Counted from the stretch's first letter, positions 38,013-48,776 are shown. The stretch is 64,000 bases of DNA from Acidobacteriota bacterium (GCA_965209055.1 OZ242374.1:1792001-1856000), one strand, 5' to 3'. The notes: generated by a model not told the origin, from the letters alone. A program made the numbers and translations.

Positions 38013-40060
38013 ATCCGGCCCTCCTCGCGCATTCGCCAGTAGCCGAGTTCCTTCGGCAGGTAGTACGGCTTGAGGTAGACCCGCCGCGCGGGCAGGGACT
38101 GGGCGCCGTCGTACGGCAGGCAGATGGCCTGGTAGTTCGCGAGCAACGAGAAGTCCCGGGGCTGAAACACCGGCTCCCGGACCTGCCGGAAGGACTTGCT
38201 GGCGCCGACGCTGCCCCGCCCTCCCCCGGCCCGGGCCGAGAGCAACGAGACTTCGGGCCGGGAGGTGTTCTCGGTGAACGTGTAGGAGGGTTTCATCCGG
38301 GGCACGGTTCCGCACAGTTCCGACGCGATCCGGGCCGAAGCCTCGTCGGACAGCGACAGGAAGATCCGGGTGCGGAGCGTCTGGATCAGGGTGCGCCAGC
38401 CCTCCGATCCGCCCAGGACCGAGCGCAGAGAGGAGATGGACTGGGTGGCCAGGATCGGGATGCAGCGGCACTGCCGGCTCAGGGCGAAGGACTTTTCGTC
38501 TCCGGAAGGGTCGTCCTCGCCCACCGAGGCGAAGGCCTGGTATTCGTCGCAGATGAAGATGGCCGGCCGGTAGTAGGCATCGGGACGGCGGGCCATCTGG
38601 GCGGGCCGGCGCAGGAGCGCCTGCATCCAGGCGTTCTTGAGCAGCACCCCGACGGTGCGCGACAGGGCCGGGTTGGCCCCGGCCGGCATGTTCAAGGCTA
38701 GGACCTTCCCCGATTCGATGAGATCGTCCAGTGGAGGCAGACGGCGGCGAATGGGTACGGTCGGGACATCCGGGCCAGCTTCTCCGTCCCCCTCGTTCCC
38801 CGATTTCTTCTGTGAGACCGCAGAATGGTTCGTGGCCTGGGGCGGGGCCGGACAGAAGATGGCGGCCACCTCGGGCATGTCGAAGAGCGAGAGGAACACG
38901 GAGATGCCCTCGACGATGGTGGTGCGCACCTTGGCGTCCAGCGCCACCCAGTCGTTTCGATACCAGCGGCCGATGGCCTCGACCCGCTCGCGCAGTTCGA
39001 CTCCGGGGCCGTCCTTGGCCCATTCCGTGCGAGCGGCGACGCCGGTCTCGGCCAGACGGTCCCTCAGCGCCGGATTCAGGCCACAGGTGGCCTGCCCCGC
39101 GTCCAGGTCGACATCCCAGTCCCACTCGATCAACCGGTCCTTGTGGGCAAATAGGTCCTTCGATGAGATGGTGACTTGCGCCTTGCAGACTCGGGCCGCC
39201 AGCCTCTCGGCCTCCCCGATCTTTTCCGCGAACAGTTCGGCGTCGATGGTGCAGCGGTAGACGTCTTGCAGGGTGACCCACCGTCCGGGCAAGATTCGAT
39301 GCAGGTCGATGATCCAGCGCACCAGGTTGGTGTAGGCCTGTTGCCAGAACGGCTCCTTGCTCTTTCCGAAGAGTTGGTTGAGGAGGGTCGAGATCGTGTA
39401 GGCGAGCGAGTAGGAGTCCAGGGCGGGATCATCCAGCGGGTTCCACTGCCAGGGACTCTCCAGTCCGATCTCCAGATAGTCTTCGCCCCGTCCGGCCTCG
39501 TCGAGGATCCGGCGCACGTCGTGGCAGAAATCGCCCTTGACCTCCAGCACCAGGCCGGCGGCCCGGTGCTGGGTCTGATCGGCCTGCCAGGACAGGATCT
39601 GTCGCGCGAACGGGTGCATGCAGGCCGAAGTCTTGCCGCTCCCGACGGCCCCGAAGATCAGGACGCCGGTATAGAGGCCGCGCTCGGGAATGACCAGCCA
39701 CGACGGACCGGCGATCTCCCGGGCTTCCACCGGATGGTGCACTTCGCCCACCACGACGGACGGCACCTCGTCCTCGGAGGAAATCGGCCACTCGGGCAGG
39801 TCTCCTCGCATTTCGCCACCACCGGGCTGCGCCTCGAACCAGACCCGCCAGACGGAAAGCGAGACCAGTCCGGCGAGCAGAACGGCGGCGCCGGGAGCGC
39901 CGTAGTGCCAGGCTTCGATCACGGCGTGCAGCGTGGGGTCGTGATAGGCGATCAGGTCAAGCACGGGATTGTCTCCGGGCAGGGGAAACGGGTCGTACCG
40001 GGTGCGCCAGATCACCGCCGCCGCACCGGCTGGAACGAGCACCATGTGCCGCCACCTCAT
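38009..40060 (-). CDS. virD4: Type IV coupling protein (VirD4/TraD-like)
   Basis: N-terminal TMs, GAVGSGKT, LEVKGD, FICDEYQ, ATQS. Confidence 0.85.
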   Translation of the reverse strand: MRWRHMVLVPAGAAAVIWRTRYDPFPLPGDNPVLDLIAYHDPTLHAVIEAWHYGAPGAAVLLAGLVSLSVWRVWFEAQPGGGEMRGDLPEWPISSEDEVPSVVVGEVHHPVEAREIAGPSWLVIPERGLYTGVLIFGAVGSGKTSACMHPFARQILSWQADQTQHRAAGLVLEVKGDFCHDVRRILDEAGRGEDYLEIGLESPWQWNPLDDPALDSYSLAYTISTLLNQLFGKSKEPFWQQAYTNLVRWIIDLHRILPGRWVTLQDVYRCTIDAELFAEKIGEAERLAARVCKAQVTISSKDLFAHKDRLIEWDWDVDLDAGQATCGLNPALRDRLAETGVAARTEWAKDGPGVELRERVEAIGRWYRNDWVALDAKVRTTIVEGISVFLSLFDMPEVAAIFCPAPPQATNHSAVSQKKSGNEGDGEAGPDVPTVPIRRRLPPLDDLIESGKVLALNMPAGANPALSRTVGVLLKNAWMQALLRRPAQMARRPDAYYRPAIFICDEYQAFASVGEDDPSGDEKSFALSRQCRCIPILATQSISSLRSVLGGSEGWRTLIQTLRTRIFLSLSDEASARIASELCGTVPRMKPSYTFTENTSRPEVSLLSARAGGGRGSVGASKSFRQVREPVFQPRDFSLLANYQAICLPYDGAQSLPARRVYLKPYYLPKELGYWRMREEGRI

Positions 40061-40134
40061 CGAGTCTCTCTCCAGTGCTTCAGCGCGGCATTCGTGGGCC
40101 GTGCCATGGTTGTGGCCTTCCCGCAGGGATGATT

Positions 40135-40387
40135 GGGACGGGAGCGACCTCCCCGTGGGGATGTGACGCCAGTGCGCATCGCCACCCCGCGCCGTGCCGA
40201 TACGGGAGGCGAAAAGGGGGGGTCGCTCCCGTCCCCCTCCAAATTCCCCGAGCGGCACGAAGGGACCGAGGGGATCGGTGGTACCGTAGAAGGGACAACG
40301 AGATAGAGGACGGTGTCCGTGCACGTGAAAAGCTCATTTGCGTGCACATGCTTCCGTCTGTCCCATGTGCACGCCCCGAGCGGCACG
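40135..40387. other. Candidate oriT
   Basis: 20-bp IR (40135-40154 / 40216-40235, one mismatch), 14-bp DR CCCCGAGCGGCACG (40246, 40374), three GTGCAC palindromes in the intergenic gap upstream of virD4. Confidence 0.5.
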
Positions 40388-40395
40388 GGACCCAC

Positions 40396-41328
40396 TCAGA
40401 ATTGCTCAAAATCAGTCTCCAGCAACCGTTTCGTCTGCCAAGTCGAGTAGCCGTCGATCCCGAGCCTGAAGGAGCGGCCCTGGGACGACGTTTGCAATTC
40501 AATGGCCCGTTTCAGCGCCGGTGTGACCCCGCCGTAGACGTCCAGCGTCGCCTTGTCTCCCGAGAGCACGGCACGTTTGATCTTGGCGTACTCCCGGGCC
40601 GCCCCCGGGTCGCCTGAACGGGTCTTGGTTTCGGAGCCGGTGGCCCAGCGGCGCAACACTTTCTCCGCCCGCTCCAGGGCCCGGTCCTCCCGGGCCACGG
40701 CCGTGACCTGGACGGTCCGGCCCTTCCGGCGCAACGCCTCCCAGAGGCCCCGGTGCGCCGCTCCCCAGGAGCGCAGGGCCTTTCCGGTCGAGTACCCGGG
40801 ATCGATATGGACGAAGACCGCCCGTTTCCCGTCGACGGCCATCGGTAGCTTGAGGGCAAAGTAGCGCCGGGTGTCCCCCACGGCCCCCCGGTACACGCGC
40901 CGGGGAAGCCGCTTTCGCGGGATTCCCAACTTTTCGAAGCACCGGACCTTCTCCGGCTCGGTCGGAAGCCAGGCCGACTCCGGGTGCTCCAGCACGTAGT
41001 CCAGAGAGAGCAGCCTCCGAATCAGAACGTCCGGAGAAGAGTTCCGCCGGTGGCGGATGTGCTCCGCTCCCAATGCCCGGTAGATCCGCCGGCTGAAGAT
41101 GCGGCACACCTTTCGACTTTGAATGGTGTCCTCGGCAGCCACTCCATGCTCGATCAACGAGCGGACGAATCGCATTGCCCGCCAGCGATTGATCTGAAGG
41201 CAAGAGCACAGTTGCGCCCGCGTGAACACACCGCTGTGCAGACACACCAGGGCGATCCATTCCGCCTGCCGGCCCGTCCAGCCGAACTGTTGCAGCGCTT
41301 TCTCCCGGCCCTTGAGATGCTCGATCAC
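40396..41328 (-). CDS. Hypothetical winged-helix protein (possible relaxosome component)
   Basis: GWTGRQAEWIALVCLHSGVFTRAQ, RLLSLDYVL, WLPTEPEK; coupled to virB8. Confidence 0.7.
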   Translation of the reverse strand: MIEHLKGREKALQQFGWTGRQAEWIALVCLHSGVFTRAQLCSCLQINRWRAMRFVRSLIEHGVAAEDTIQSRKVCRIFSRRIYRALGAEHIRHRRNSSPDVLIRRLLSLDYVLEHPESAWLPTEPEKVRCFEKLGIPRKRLPRRVYRGAVGDTRRYFALKLPMAVDGKRAVFVHIDPGYSTGKALRSWGAAHRGLWEALRRKGRTVQVTAVAREDRALERAEKVLRRWATGSETKTRSGDPGAAREYAKIKRAVLSGDKATLDVYGGVTPALKRAIELQTSSQGRSFRLGIDGYSTWQTKRLLETDFEQF

Positions 41329-41990
41329 GGCTTGTTCTCCGTCACCAGAGCCCGGTCCGCCTGGAGATACGTGATGACGATGCCCATGGGGTTCGTCACG
41401 ACCAGGTCGGGCGGGATCTCGGCAAGAAACACGAACTTGAGCGACAGCGACCAGCGCTGCCGCTCGACCTCCTGCTCGCGGGTGGTGTGCACTAACTCGA
41501 AGTCGGCCGTCCCGCTGTGCGGTTCCTCCGGGTGGGCGTGAAGCCGCAAGACGACGTTCTCCACCCGGACCTGCCGGGACTCGACACCGGCCGCCACTCG
41601 GGCGATCTGCTCGCTCTCGGCCTCGAAGGCCGCATTGGCCAGATCGGTGGTCAGGAACCGCAGGCTGCGGGTCCAGTGCTGCTCGACGGTGGCCCGCTGC
41701 CGCGAGTAGAAGTCGTGGATGAAGCGGTTCAGAAAATACTTGGTGGTGGGATCCAGCGGATCGGCCTGGGCTTGAACGGCCTCGTAGGCCAGGGCCTCGG
41801 CCCGTCCTACGTCATCCACCCGGATCACAATCGGTTTGGGAGGATCCAGAGTCCCGAGCCGCAAGGCGAGGATGGCCAGCAACAGGGCCGTCACACCGAG
41901 CGCGGCGGAAAGCAAACGCAGATGCCGGTTGGAGTGAATGGTCTCTCCCCAGATCTCCGCGTACTCCCGTCCGGCGTCCTTGGTGCTCAT
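41325..41990 (-). CDS. virB8: VirB8/TrbF family protein
   Basis: TM, VIRVDDVG, C-terminal NPMGIVIT. Confidence 0.85.
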   Translation of the reverse strand: MSTKDAGREYAEIWGETIHSNRHLRLLSAALGVTALLLAILALRLGTLDPPKPIVIRVDDVGRAEALAYEAVQAQADPLDPTTKYFLNRFIHDFYSRQRATVEQHWTRSLRFLTTDLANAAFEAESEQIARVAAGVESRQVRVENVVLRLHAHPEEPHSGTADFELVHTTREQEVERQRWSLSLKFVFLAEIPPDLVVTNPMGIVITYLQADRALVTENKP

Positions 41991-42964
41991 TACTTTCCTC
42001 CCTTGAGAGAACCGGCGACGCGGCCGGCTCCCACGAGCATGGCGGCCGTGCCCATCAGGCCCGCTCCAGCGCTTCCCGCTCCGGAGACCAGAAGCGAGGC
42101 GATCTCGCCGACCTTGAATGCCGCCAGGATTCCGGCCACCAGAAGCGGCATGAGCAAAAGCACCCACATGCTCAGCTGCTGCAGGTCCGAAATGTTAAAG
42201 CCCGCCGACATCAGGGTGGACAGGAACGTCAGCGAGACGCTGAGGAAGACGCGCAGGATCACCGCAGCCACGACGCCGTAGAGCGAATAGACCACCAGCG
42301 CCCGGAACCAACCCCAGAACAGAAAGGCCATCGGCTCGAACAACAGCCAGGGAATCATCAGGGGGCCGACGAGAATGACGATCGCCACCGCCACGTGCGC
42401 CCAGATCACCTGGGCATAGGTGAGGGCGAACAATGCCAACAGGAGCAGCAGCAGCGCCCAAATGAGGAACGTGCCCACATAGAATTTGAGGTAATAGCCG
42501 GCTCCCGACCACAGGAGCCCGGCCACGTTCAGGTTCCGGACGTGGTCCGTGAAGGTGGCGTGGACCTGCTCGAATATCCGGCTGAACGCTTCTTGCGTCG
42601 CTCGGACCATGTCGGTCATCATCAGGCCCATCATCCAGTTGCCCTGGGCCACCACCGCCTGCGGGAAGGTCCAAGTCGTGCCGGGAATCGTCTGGTAGTA
42701 GAAGGTGAGCAGAGTGCCGGGGATGGCCAGCGCCATCACCAGCCGGACCCACTCCCCGGGTGAGACCGTGCCGCTGAGCGCCGTCTTCACGCCGCTCCAC
42801 ACGACCATGACCGCGCCCATGCCTCGCCAGAGGCTCACTCCCGCCCGGTGCACCTCGGGCGCGACGTTACGGGTGATATCGGCCAGGACCTGATCCAGAA
42901 AGGGCTTGAAGTCCTGAAGAGAATCGGCCGGCACCGTGGCCGGTAGCGAAGGATCGATCTGCAT
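41990..42964 (-). CDS. virB6: VirB6/TrbL family protein
   Basis: Polytopic; GPLMIPWLLF..FWGW. Confidence 0.8.
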   Translation of the reverse strand: MQIDPSLPATVPADSLQDFKPFLDQVLADITRNVAPEVHRAGVSLWRGMGAVMVVWSGVKTALSGTVSPGEWVRLVMALAIPGTLLTFYYQTIPGTTWTFPQAVVAQGNWMMGLMMTDMVRATQEAFSRIFEQVHATFTDHVRNLNVAGLLWSGAGYYLKFYVGTFLIWALLLLLLALFALTYAQVIWAHVAVAIVILVGPLMIPWLLFEPMAFLFWGWFRALVVYSLYGVVAAVILRVFLSVSLTFLSTLMSAGFNISDLQQLSMWVLLLMPLLVAGILAAFKVGEIASLLVSGAGSAGAGLMGTAAMLVGAGRVAGSLKGGK

Positions 42965-43857
42965 CACGGGGTCCCCGGTGGATGGAAGGTGAAGAACATG
43001 CCGTCGCGGTAGGAGACGCCGCTGGCGGCAATGGCGGCCCGGTGGGCCGCGAAGTTCGTTTTCGCCCGCTGCATTTCCTCGGCCCAATCGGCCTCCCATC
43101 GGCGCCGGGCGATCTCGTCCTCGTAGCGCTCGGCCGTAGCCCGCGCTGCCTGGTGGGCGAGCAGTTGGGCGATGCCGGCCAGCAGTTCCCCTTGAGTGGC
43201 CCCGGCCGCGAGTTGCTTTTGACCCAGCGCGGTCCGGGACCGGTTGGAGTCGTTGCGCAGCTTATCCAGCGAGTCCTGGGCCGTATTGACGGCGTCACTC
43301 AAGTGGGCGGCCGAGTCGGCCAGCGCGTGATCCATCACCAGTTTCTTGTCGGCCCGTTCGCGCTGCCGCTCGAAGTCGTTCACGGACCGGGCGATCACGT
43401 CGGGCGGTTGGTCCGCCAGCAGGCGCGCCAAGTCTCGATCCGTGAGCTGGTCGGCGTCTCGCAAGGCTCGTTGCCAGGTTCTCCGGACGGAGCGTCCACG
43501 CCGGCCCATTTGCCGAACGCCCTCGACGATCCGCCGGGCCTCCCCGTGAAAGTCCCCGGCCCAGTCGATCCGGTCGCTGACGCGGCGGGCCGGAGGGGAG
43601 ATCAGGTCCGAGAAGGAATCCCGCAGGGCGCCGATCTGCCCGAGCGTGGCTTCTTTCATGTGCTCGTACTGGTTGCGCAACTCGGTGATCTGATCGGTGT
43701 ATTTGCGGATGGAGGTGAGCTGATGGCGGATCTGGGTGAGTTGGTTGGCGATAATCGTGGCCCGCTGGATCACCCCCGCGACGATGGCATGGGCCGGCGT
43801 GGTGGAGACGGTCACGACGAGCGCGAGCGCCAACAGCAGAATCAGTGTTTTCTTCAT
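42964..43857 (-). CDS. VirB5/TrbJ-like exported helical protein
   Basis: Signal peptide PAHA, ANQLTQI..QI.EL..QY; position before virB6. Confidence 0.6.
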   Translation of the reverse strand: MKKTLILLLALALVVTVSTTPAHAIVAGVIQRATIIANQLTQIRHQLTSIRKYTDQITELRNQYEHMKEATLGQIGALRDSFSDLISPPARRVSDRIDWAGDFHGEARRIVEGVRQMGRRGRSVRRTWQRALRDADQLTDRDLARLLADQPPDVIARSVNDFERQRERADKKLVMDHALADSAAHLSDAVNTAQDSLDKLRNDSNRSRTALGQKQLAAGATQGELLAGIAQLLAHQAARATAERYEDEIARRRWEADWAEEMQRAKTNFAAHRAAIAASGVSYRDGMFFTFHPPGTP

Positions 43858-45221
43858 GGGGTCATGGTCCTTTCCGTGGGCCGGGGCACCAGGACATCCG
43901 ATGTGAACCAGATGCGAAGCCGGTGCCCGGCCCGGATGGTGATGTTGGGAAAGCGATTGAGAAACCGCTCGAGGATCCGCGTGGAGGCCGTCCCCAGGCC
44001 CTGACCGGCGCCGGCGCGGAACGCGGGCATCCCGCCGGCGTAAGGGTGGCTCCCCCGAAGCGTCAGTCCGGCCAACACCCCGACGGCTCCCGCAGCGGCG
44101 AACATCGAGAGGTAATGGCGATCGACCTTGTCTTTGAGGGCGGACTCGCCCACCTGGTTGAGGCCGGCGAACTCCAGGTCGATCCAGTGGCCGGAGGGCA
44201 GGAGCAGACGGTGGAAGCTCACCGCCAATCGGGACTGGTCCTGATGGGCTACCGCCCGGGCTGTACCGACCGCGCGCGATCCCCGTGGGATCAGGACGCG
44301 CTGGCGGTCCCGGGAGTAGAAGGGTACGGACACCTGAGCCAGCACGGGACCGGGAAAGTCGCCGGAGAGCTGGGTCACGAGCACCGCTTCCAGAAACGAG
44401 CCCTCCGGGATGCGCTCGAATCCTTCCGGGTCGTGAGGAGCGGACATACGCTCCGGCTCCCGCTTCTTGGGCCGGTCCGGACCTGCCGTACCCGCCTGTG
44501 GCCGATCCGTTGGTGTCGCGCCGACCAGTTTCTCTTCCACCTCTTGCAGGGCGACTTGCGTGGCCGTCTGCGCCAAGGCTTGGAGCCGGTCGAGTTGCTC
44601 GGTCAGATCATTCGAGTTTGCCGCCGGGGTCGATGAGCCCTCTGAGAGTTGGCGACTGGGAGTTTCCGATTGCTCGACCGGCCGTGTCCGACTCTCTGGC
44701 GCCACCTTGCCTTCCGAGTCGCGGTAGGAGTGCGCTACGGCTTGTGTGCGCAACGAATCGTGCCGGCGGCGAAGGTCCTCCAGCCGCAGTTGCTCGCGCA
44801 ACTGAAGCTCTGCCTCAGACGGTGGCAGTGAAGGCTCTCCGCTTTGATCCGGCGACAAGGGAAGGGCCGCTCCCGCGCCCGTCATGGAAGGACGCCCCGC
44901 CATCTCTCCTCGCTCGGCTTCGGCCGCGGCTAGGCGTTCCCGCTCCCGGAGCTCCTGCCGGGCCTCCAGCGCCCGCCGCTGCTGCTCCCGGTCGGCCATC
45001 TCGTTCAGCCGCGCTCCGGCCCTCTGCTGGAGGGCCTGGTTCGCCGGTTGTGCCGGCGCATCCCCGGCTTCCTCCTCGCCGCCTCCGGTGAAGGATTGGC
45101 TGAGAATCAGCAGGCCGCACAACAGTGCCAGCACGACGACGCCGATCCGCGTCAGAAGTGCGGCGGGGACCGCGCCGGCGGGCTTCGCATACAGTCTTCG
45201 CCAGTGACTCATCCGGGTCAT
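43854..45221 (-). CDS. virB10: VirB10/TrbI family protein
   Basis: EGSFLEAVL, LIPRGSR, G...LKDKVDRHY, PNITIRAG. Confidence 0.88.
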   Translation of the reverse strand: MTRMSHWRRLYAKPAGAVPAALLTRIGVVVLALLCGLLILSQSFTGGGEEEAGDAPAQPANQALQQRAGARLNEMADREQQRRALEARQELRERERLAAAEAERGEMAGRPSMTGAGAALPLSPDQSGEPSLPPSEAELQLREQLRLEDLRRRHDSLRTQAVAHSYRDSEGKVAPESRTRPVEQSETPSRQLSEGSSTPAANSNDLTEQLDRLQALAQTATQVALQEVEEKLVGATPTDRPQAGTAGPDRPKKREPERMSAPHDPEGFERIPEGSFLEAVLVTQLSGDFPGPVLAQVSVPFYSRDRQRVLIPRGSRAVGTARAVAHQDQSRLAVSFHRLLLPSGHWIDLEFAGLNQVGESALKDKVDRHYLSMFAAAGAVGVLAGLTLRGSHPYAGGMPAFRAGAGQGLGTASTRILERFLNRFPNITIRAGHRLRIWFTSDVLVPRPTERTMTP

Positions 45222-46060
45222 CTCCTTGCGTCCTTGGGATCGAAGCGCCAGCGGGCCTTTTTCTTGCCGATCTGAAGCCACCCGTCGCCCACGACGTGCC
45301 GGACGATGTAAAGACCTTCGGCCGTGAGGTCGTAGGCCACCAGGCTGGGACGGCCGTCCTTGAGTTCATAGAGGGCGGGAGACTCCTGGGCGCCGGAGCG
45401 CAGGTAGGTGAAGCGCCCGTCGTGCCACATGGCCTCGACCAGGAACGGCCACTTCCGGGCGTTCTTGTCCAGCTTGTACGGAAACGCCAGTTCTTCCGGA
45501 TACTCGGAGCGGAACCGGTCCACCTCGGCTTGAGCTTGCTCTTTGGCTTCGCCGACGCGGGTGTCGGCCTCCGCCTGGACGCTTCGGACCGCCTCGGACG
45601 CCTGCCGGGCCATCTCCCGGTAGCCTTCGACCTCGCTTCGGGCCACGAAGGCGGGTTGGTGCTTTTCAGAGGAAGTCAGCGCGTTCTCCTCTTCCCTTGC
45701 TTCCCGGTCGACTCGAACCACCAGGTGAGGCGTCCCGCCCTCGGTCACCAGGAAGGAGTAGATCCGTCCACTCGCGCAAACCAGCGCGACATTGGTCCGG
45801 ACGCCTTCGGCCAAGGGTTTGACGTAAGCGAGATTGGCCGCACCGCTCAGGTGCCAGTAGCCGGCATCGCCCACCACGAAGTCGAGGATCTTCTCCTCGG
45901 ACGGCAGAACTAGCACCGTGGTATGCCGGACGCGGGTCCAGACTTCGATGATCTGGTCCTCCTGTTCGGGGATGGTGAGGACACCCTCCCCGGCAAGAAC
46001 CACAGCAACGCTGAGAAGCCACACCGGAACGGCGGTGCTTCGACGTGTGAAAAGACTCAT
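45218..46060 (-). CDS. virB9: VirB9/TrbG family protein
   Basis: Signal peptide, GD...W, YVKP, TN, HDGRFTY, PALY. Confidence 0.85.
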   Translation of the reverse strand: MSLFTRRSTAVPVWLLSVAVVLAGEGVLTIPEQEDQIIEVWTRVRHTTVLVLPSEEKILDFVVGDAGYWHLSGAANLAYVKPLAEGVRTNVALVCASGRIYSFLVTEGGTPHLVVRVDREAREEENALTSSEKHQPAFVARSEVEGYREMARQASEAVRSVQAEADTRVGEAKEQAQAEVDRFRSEYPEELAFPYKLDKNARKWPFLVEAMWHDGRFTYLRSGAQESPALYELKDGRPSLVAYDLTAEGLYIVRHVVGDGWLQIGKKKARWRFDPKDARR

Positions 46061-48480
46061 GGCATTCCTCCAGCAAGTAACTCGATGGCCTTCTCCAGGC
46101 CGTATCGCTCAACCGTCCTGGCTCTTCTTTCCGCCTCCCGTGGCGAGGACGTGTAAAGCCAGTAGCTCTCCGGATCGACCTCCAGCCGCAGGACGCCCGC
46201 CGCATCGGGCCGCCGCAGATAGATCTCCCGCTTCGGGACCAGTTCCCGGACCAGCTCCACCTCCCGGTCGTTCAGGCGAAACATCTCCCCGGCAGCCTCC
46301 GGCAAGTCTGGGTTGGCCAAAAACAGCTTCGTGGGCATGGACTCCAGCAATGCTTCGGCTCCACTGGTTCCGGTGACGTCGACCGCCGACTGCGTGGCCA
46401 GGACCAGCGCGGCGTTCTTCTTCCTCCAGGTCTTGGCCGCCTCGGCCAGATAGGCCAGGACGGAACGGTCGCGCAGGTACCGCCACGCCTCGTCCACTAC
46501 CATGAGCTTGACCCGAGCCGTCTCGGCGGGGTCTTCCAGCGCCAGGCGCATCCGCTCCAGCAGATAGAAGAGCGCTGCCTCGCACAGGTCGTCGTGCTCG
46601 GCCGCTCCCGCCAGGTCGATCACCTGCCAGTCGGTCAGCTTCAGGTCTACTCCGGTGGCCGGGTGGTCGAAGAACCGGCTCCAGGCGCCCTCCCCGTGCC
46701 AGCGCGAGAGCGCCGGCCACATCTTCGAGGGCAAGGCTCGAACCAGCGTGCCCAAGGTTCGCCGCTCGGCCGGAAAGGCGTAGACGTCCTCCACCCGGTC
46801 GCGGATCTCACTGGTGTCCTCTCCGGTAACTTCCCAACCGCCGATTCGCAACAACCGGGCGATCCAGCCCGTAAGAAACTGGACGGACCGCTCCGTGGCC
46901 GGCAGGGAGAAGGGCCGCAGCCGGACCCCCGATCCGCCCGTCTTCTCCGGGGACAACTCCAGGTAGCCTCCTCCCAGAAAACTCGTCAGCCAGCGGTACG
47001 AACCGCCCAGATCGAGAATCAGGACTCGTGGGTTGTACTGAAGTGCGGACACCAGCAGAAAGTTGAGAAGGAAGCTCTTTCCGCTCCCCGTGGCCCCCAG
47101 CACCAAGGTGTGGCCGACGTCTCCCGCGAACAGGTCGTAGTGGTAGGGGGTCTTCCAACGCGTTTCCAGGACGGCCAGCGAGGGGCGAGCGAGGTGTTGG
47201 CTCTGTGGGTTCCCCATGGGGGGACCGAAAATCGGAGCGAGGCACGCGGCCAGCCCGGCCGAGACGAAGACCGACCGGACCTGCCGCGAGCGGGGTTGCG
47301 CCGGAAGTCTCCCGAACCACACCGGGAGCTGGCCGTAGCCCTCTCGGATGACCTTGGCGTCGTGGGCGTTGAAAGTCCGTCGGATCTCTCCATCCAGCCG
47401 CTCGATCTTCTCCAGTCTTCCGTGCAGAGTGAGGGTGAGTGAGACGGAGCCGTAGCCGATCCCGTCGGTCTCCAGTTCGACGAGCGCGTCCCCGAGCCGG
47501 CCGACTTCCGCTTCGGCGGCCGAGTCCACCAGGGCGCCCGCCGTGCCTTCCTTCTCCTGCACGTGGGCCATCATCGAGTAGCGCTTCGAGAAATAATGGC
47601 GCTGGGCGGAGCGGACCTTGCGGCGCGACGCTTCCGTCCCCCACTTCCGCCACTCCAGGCTCACCGTCATGACGGCGTCCAGACGGTAGAGGTCGGACAA
47701 CAGGTTGGCCGTTGCCTCCACGGGAGGCGAGAGCAGCGAGTAGACGATCACGGGCTCCCCGTCCAGGCGCAGGTGGCGCCGCTCCGCCTCCAGTTCCGAG
47801 AGGGCCAGCCTCCAGTTGAGGCCGCTCCCGGTCGATCCGTCCCAGGGAGTGCCGGGGCGGTTGATCAGTTCCGAGAGCACCCGTGAGGCCTCCAGGGGCT
47901 GGAGGATCTCGATGGGGGTCACGTCGTCCACCAGCGTGCGTGAGGCGTCCACCCTCTGGCGAAACCGCCGGGCTGCGGCTTGGATGGCCGAGTGCAGATA
48001 GATACTCTCGTGGGAACGCCTCCTTCGGGTCAGCCAGCGACGGACGTGGGAAGTCCATCCGCTACCCGCGTGGGAAGCGGCGGCGGATCTCAACCGGGGA
48101 TCGGTCGCCCAGGCGACATAGGTGTCCAGTTCCGAAACCCGATCGGTCAGATGCGCGCATCGCCGCTGCCGGGAGAAACCGACAACCGAATCGGCATCCT
48201 CTTGAGCCGCTCTCAATCGGCTGGGGCGGCGCAGGAGGTGGAAGTAGAGTCGGGTGCGCTCGTCCAGGTTCGAGAGCGCCCGCTGCCAGCGATCCGACAC
48301 CCGGTCGAGTTGACCGGGCGTGCGCCCGTCCACCACTGCCGGCCGGAGTCGTCCCAATGTGAGCAACTGGCCGCTTCGCGTCAGACAGGTCCGTCCGTCC
48401 GGCAGCCATCCCCAGTAGGGGAGCTCCTCGGCCAGCGAGCCTGCGGCTTCGTACTCTTGAGCTTCTTCAACCAGCTTCAT
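46057..48480 (-). CDS. virB4: VirB4/TrbE ATPase
   Basis: GHTLVLGATGSGKS, DLGGSY, VVDEAW, RKKNA...ATQS. Confidence 0.9.
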   Translation of the reverse strand: MKLVEEAQEYEAAGSLAEELPYWGWLPDGRTCLTRSGQLLTLGRLRPAVVDGRTPGQLDRVSDRWQRALSNLDERTRLYFHLLRRPSRLRAAQEDADSVVGFSRQRRCAHLTDRVSELDTYVAWATDPRLRSAAASHAGSGWTSHVRRWLTRRRRSHESIYLHSAIQAAARRFRQRVDASRTLVDDVTPIEILQPLEASRVLSELINRPGTPWDGSTGSGLNWRLALSELEAERRHLRLDGEPVIVYSLLSPPVEATANLLSDLYRLDAVMTVSLEWRKWGTEASRRKVRSAQRHYFSKRYSMMAHVQEKEGTAGALVDSAAEAEVGRLGDALVELETDGIGYGSVSLTLTLHGRLEKIERLDGEIRRTFNAHDAKVIREGYGQLPVWFGRLPAQPRSRQVRSVFVSAGLAACLAPIFGPPMGNPQSQHLARPSLAVLETRWKTPYHYDLFAGDVGHTLVLGATGSGKSFLLNFLLVSALQYNPRVLILDLGGSYRWLTSFLGGGYLELSPEKTGGSGVRLRPFSLPATERSVQFLTGWIARLLRIGGWEVTGEDTSEIRDRVEDVYAFPAERRTLGTLVRALPSKMWPALSRWHGEGAWSRFFDHPATGVDLKLTDWQVIDLAGAAEHDDLCEAALFYLLERMRLALEDPAETARVKLMVVDEAWRYLRDRSVLAYLAEAAKTWRKKNAALVLATQSAVDVTGTSGAEALLESMPTKLFLANPDLPEAAGEMFRLNDREVELVRELVPKREIYLRRPDAAGVLRLEVDPESYWLYTSSPREAERRARTVERYGLEKAIELLAGGMP

Positions 48481-48776
48481 CGTCGGATGAGCACACACCA
48501 GGGTGGCTCCCCCCACTTGCCGGGATCGTAACGGGCCTTGAAACGCGTCGATGCGCGCAGGATCGCCAGCATGTCCGGGTCCTGGCGCCAGGCCAGATAG
48601 CCGGCTACGTAGAGCGCCGCGAAGACCAGCCCGGCCGAGAGCAGCGAGTTGATCGTGTTCCAGAGCGCCACGGCCAGCGTCGCGCTCAGCAGAAACCACC
48701 GTCGTTCCACCCCCAGGATCGTCAGCGGGCGGCTCAGCGCCGGATGCCCGCGCCACGGTTTTCGTCCTCGCGTCAT
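48477..48776 (-). CDS. virB3: VirB3/TrbD family protein
   Basis: LSRPLTILGVER, two TMs, QDP. Confidence 0.82.
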   Translation of the reverse strand: MTRGRKPWRGHPALSRPLTILGVERRWFLLSATLAVALWNTINSLLSAGLVFAALYVAGYLAWRQDPDMLAILRASTRFKARYDPGKWGEPPWCVLIRR

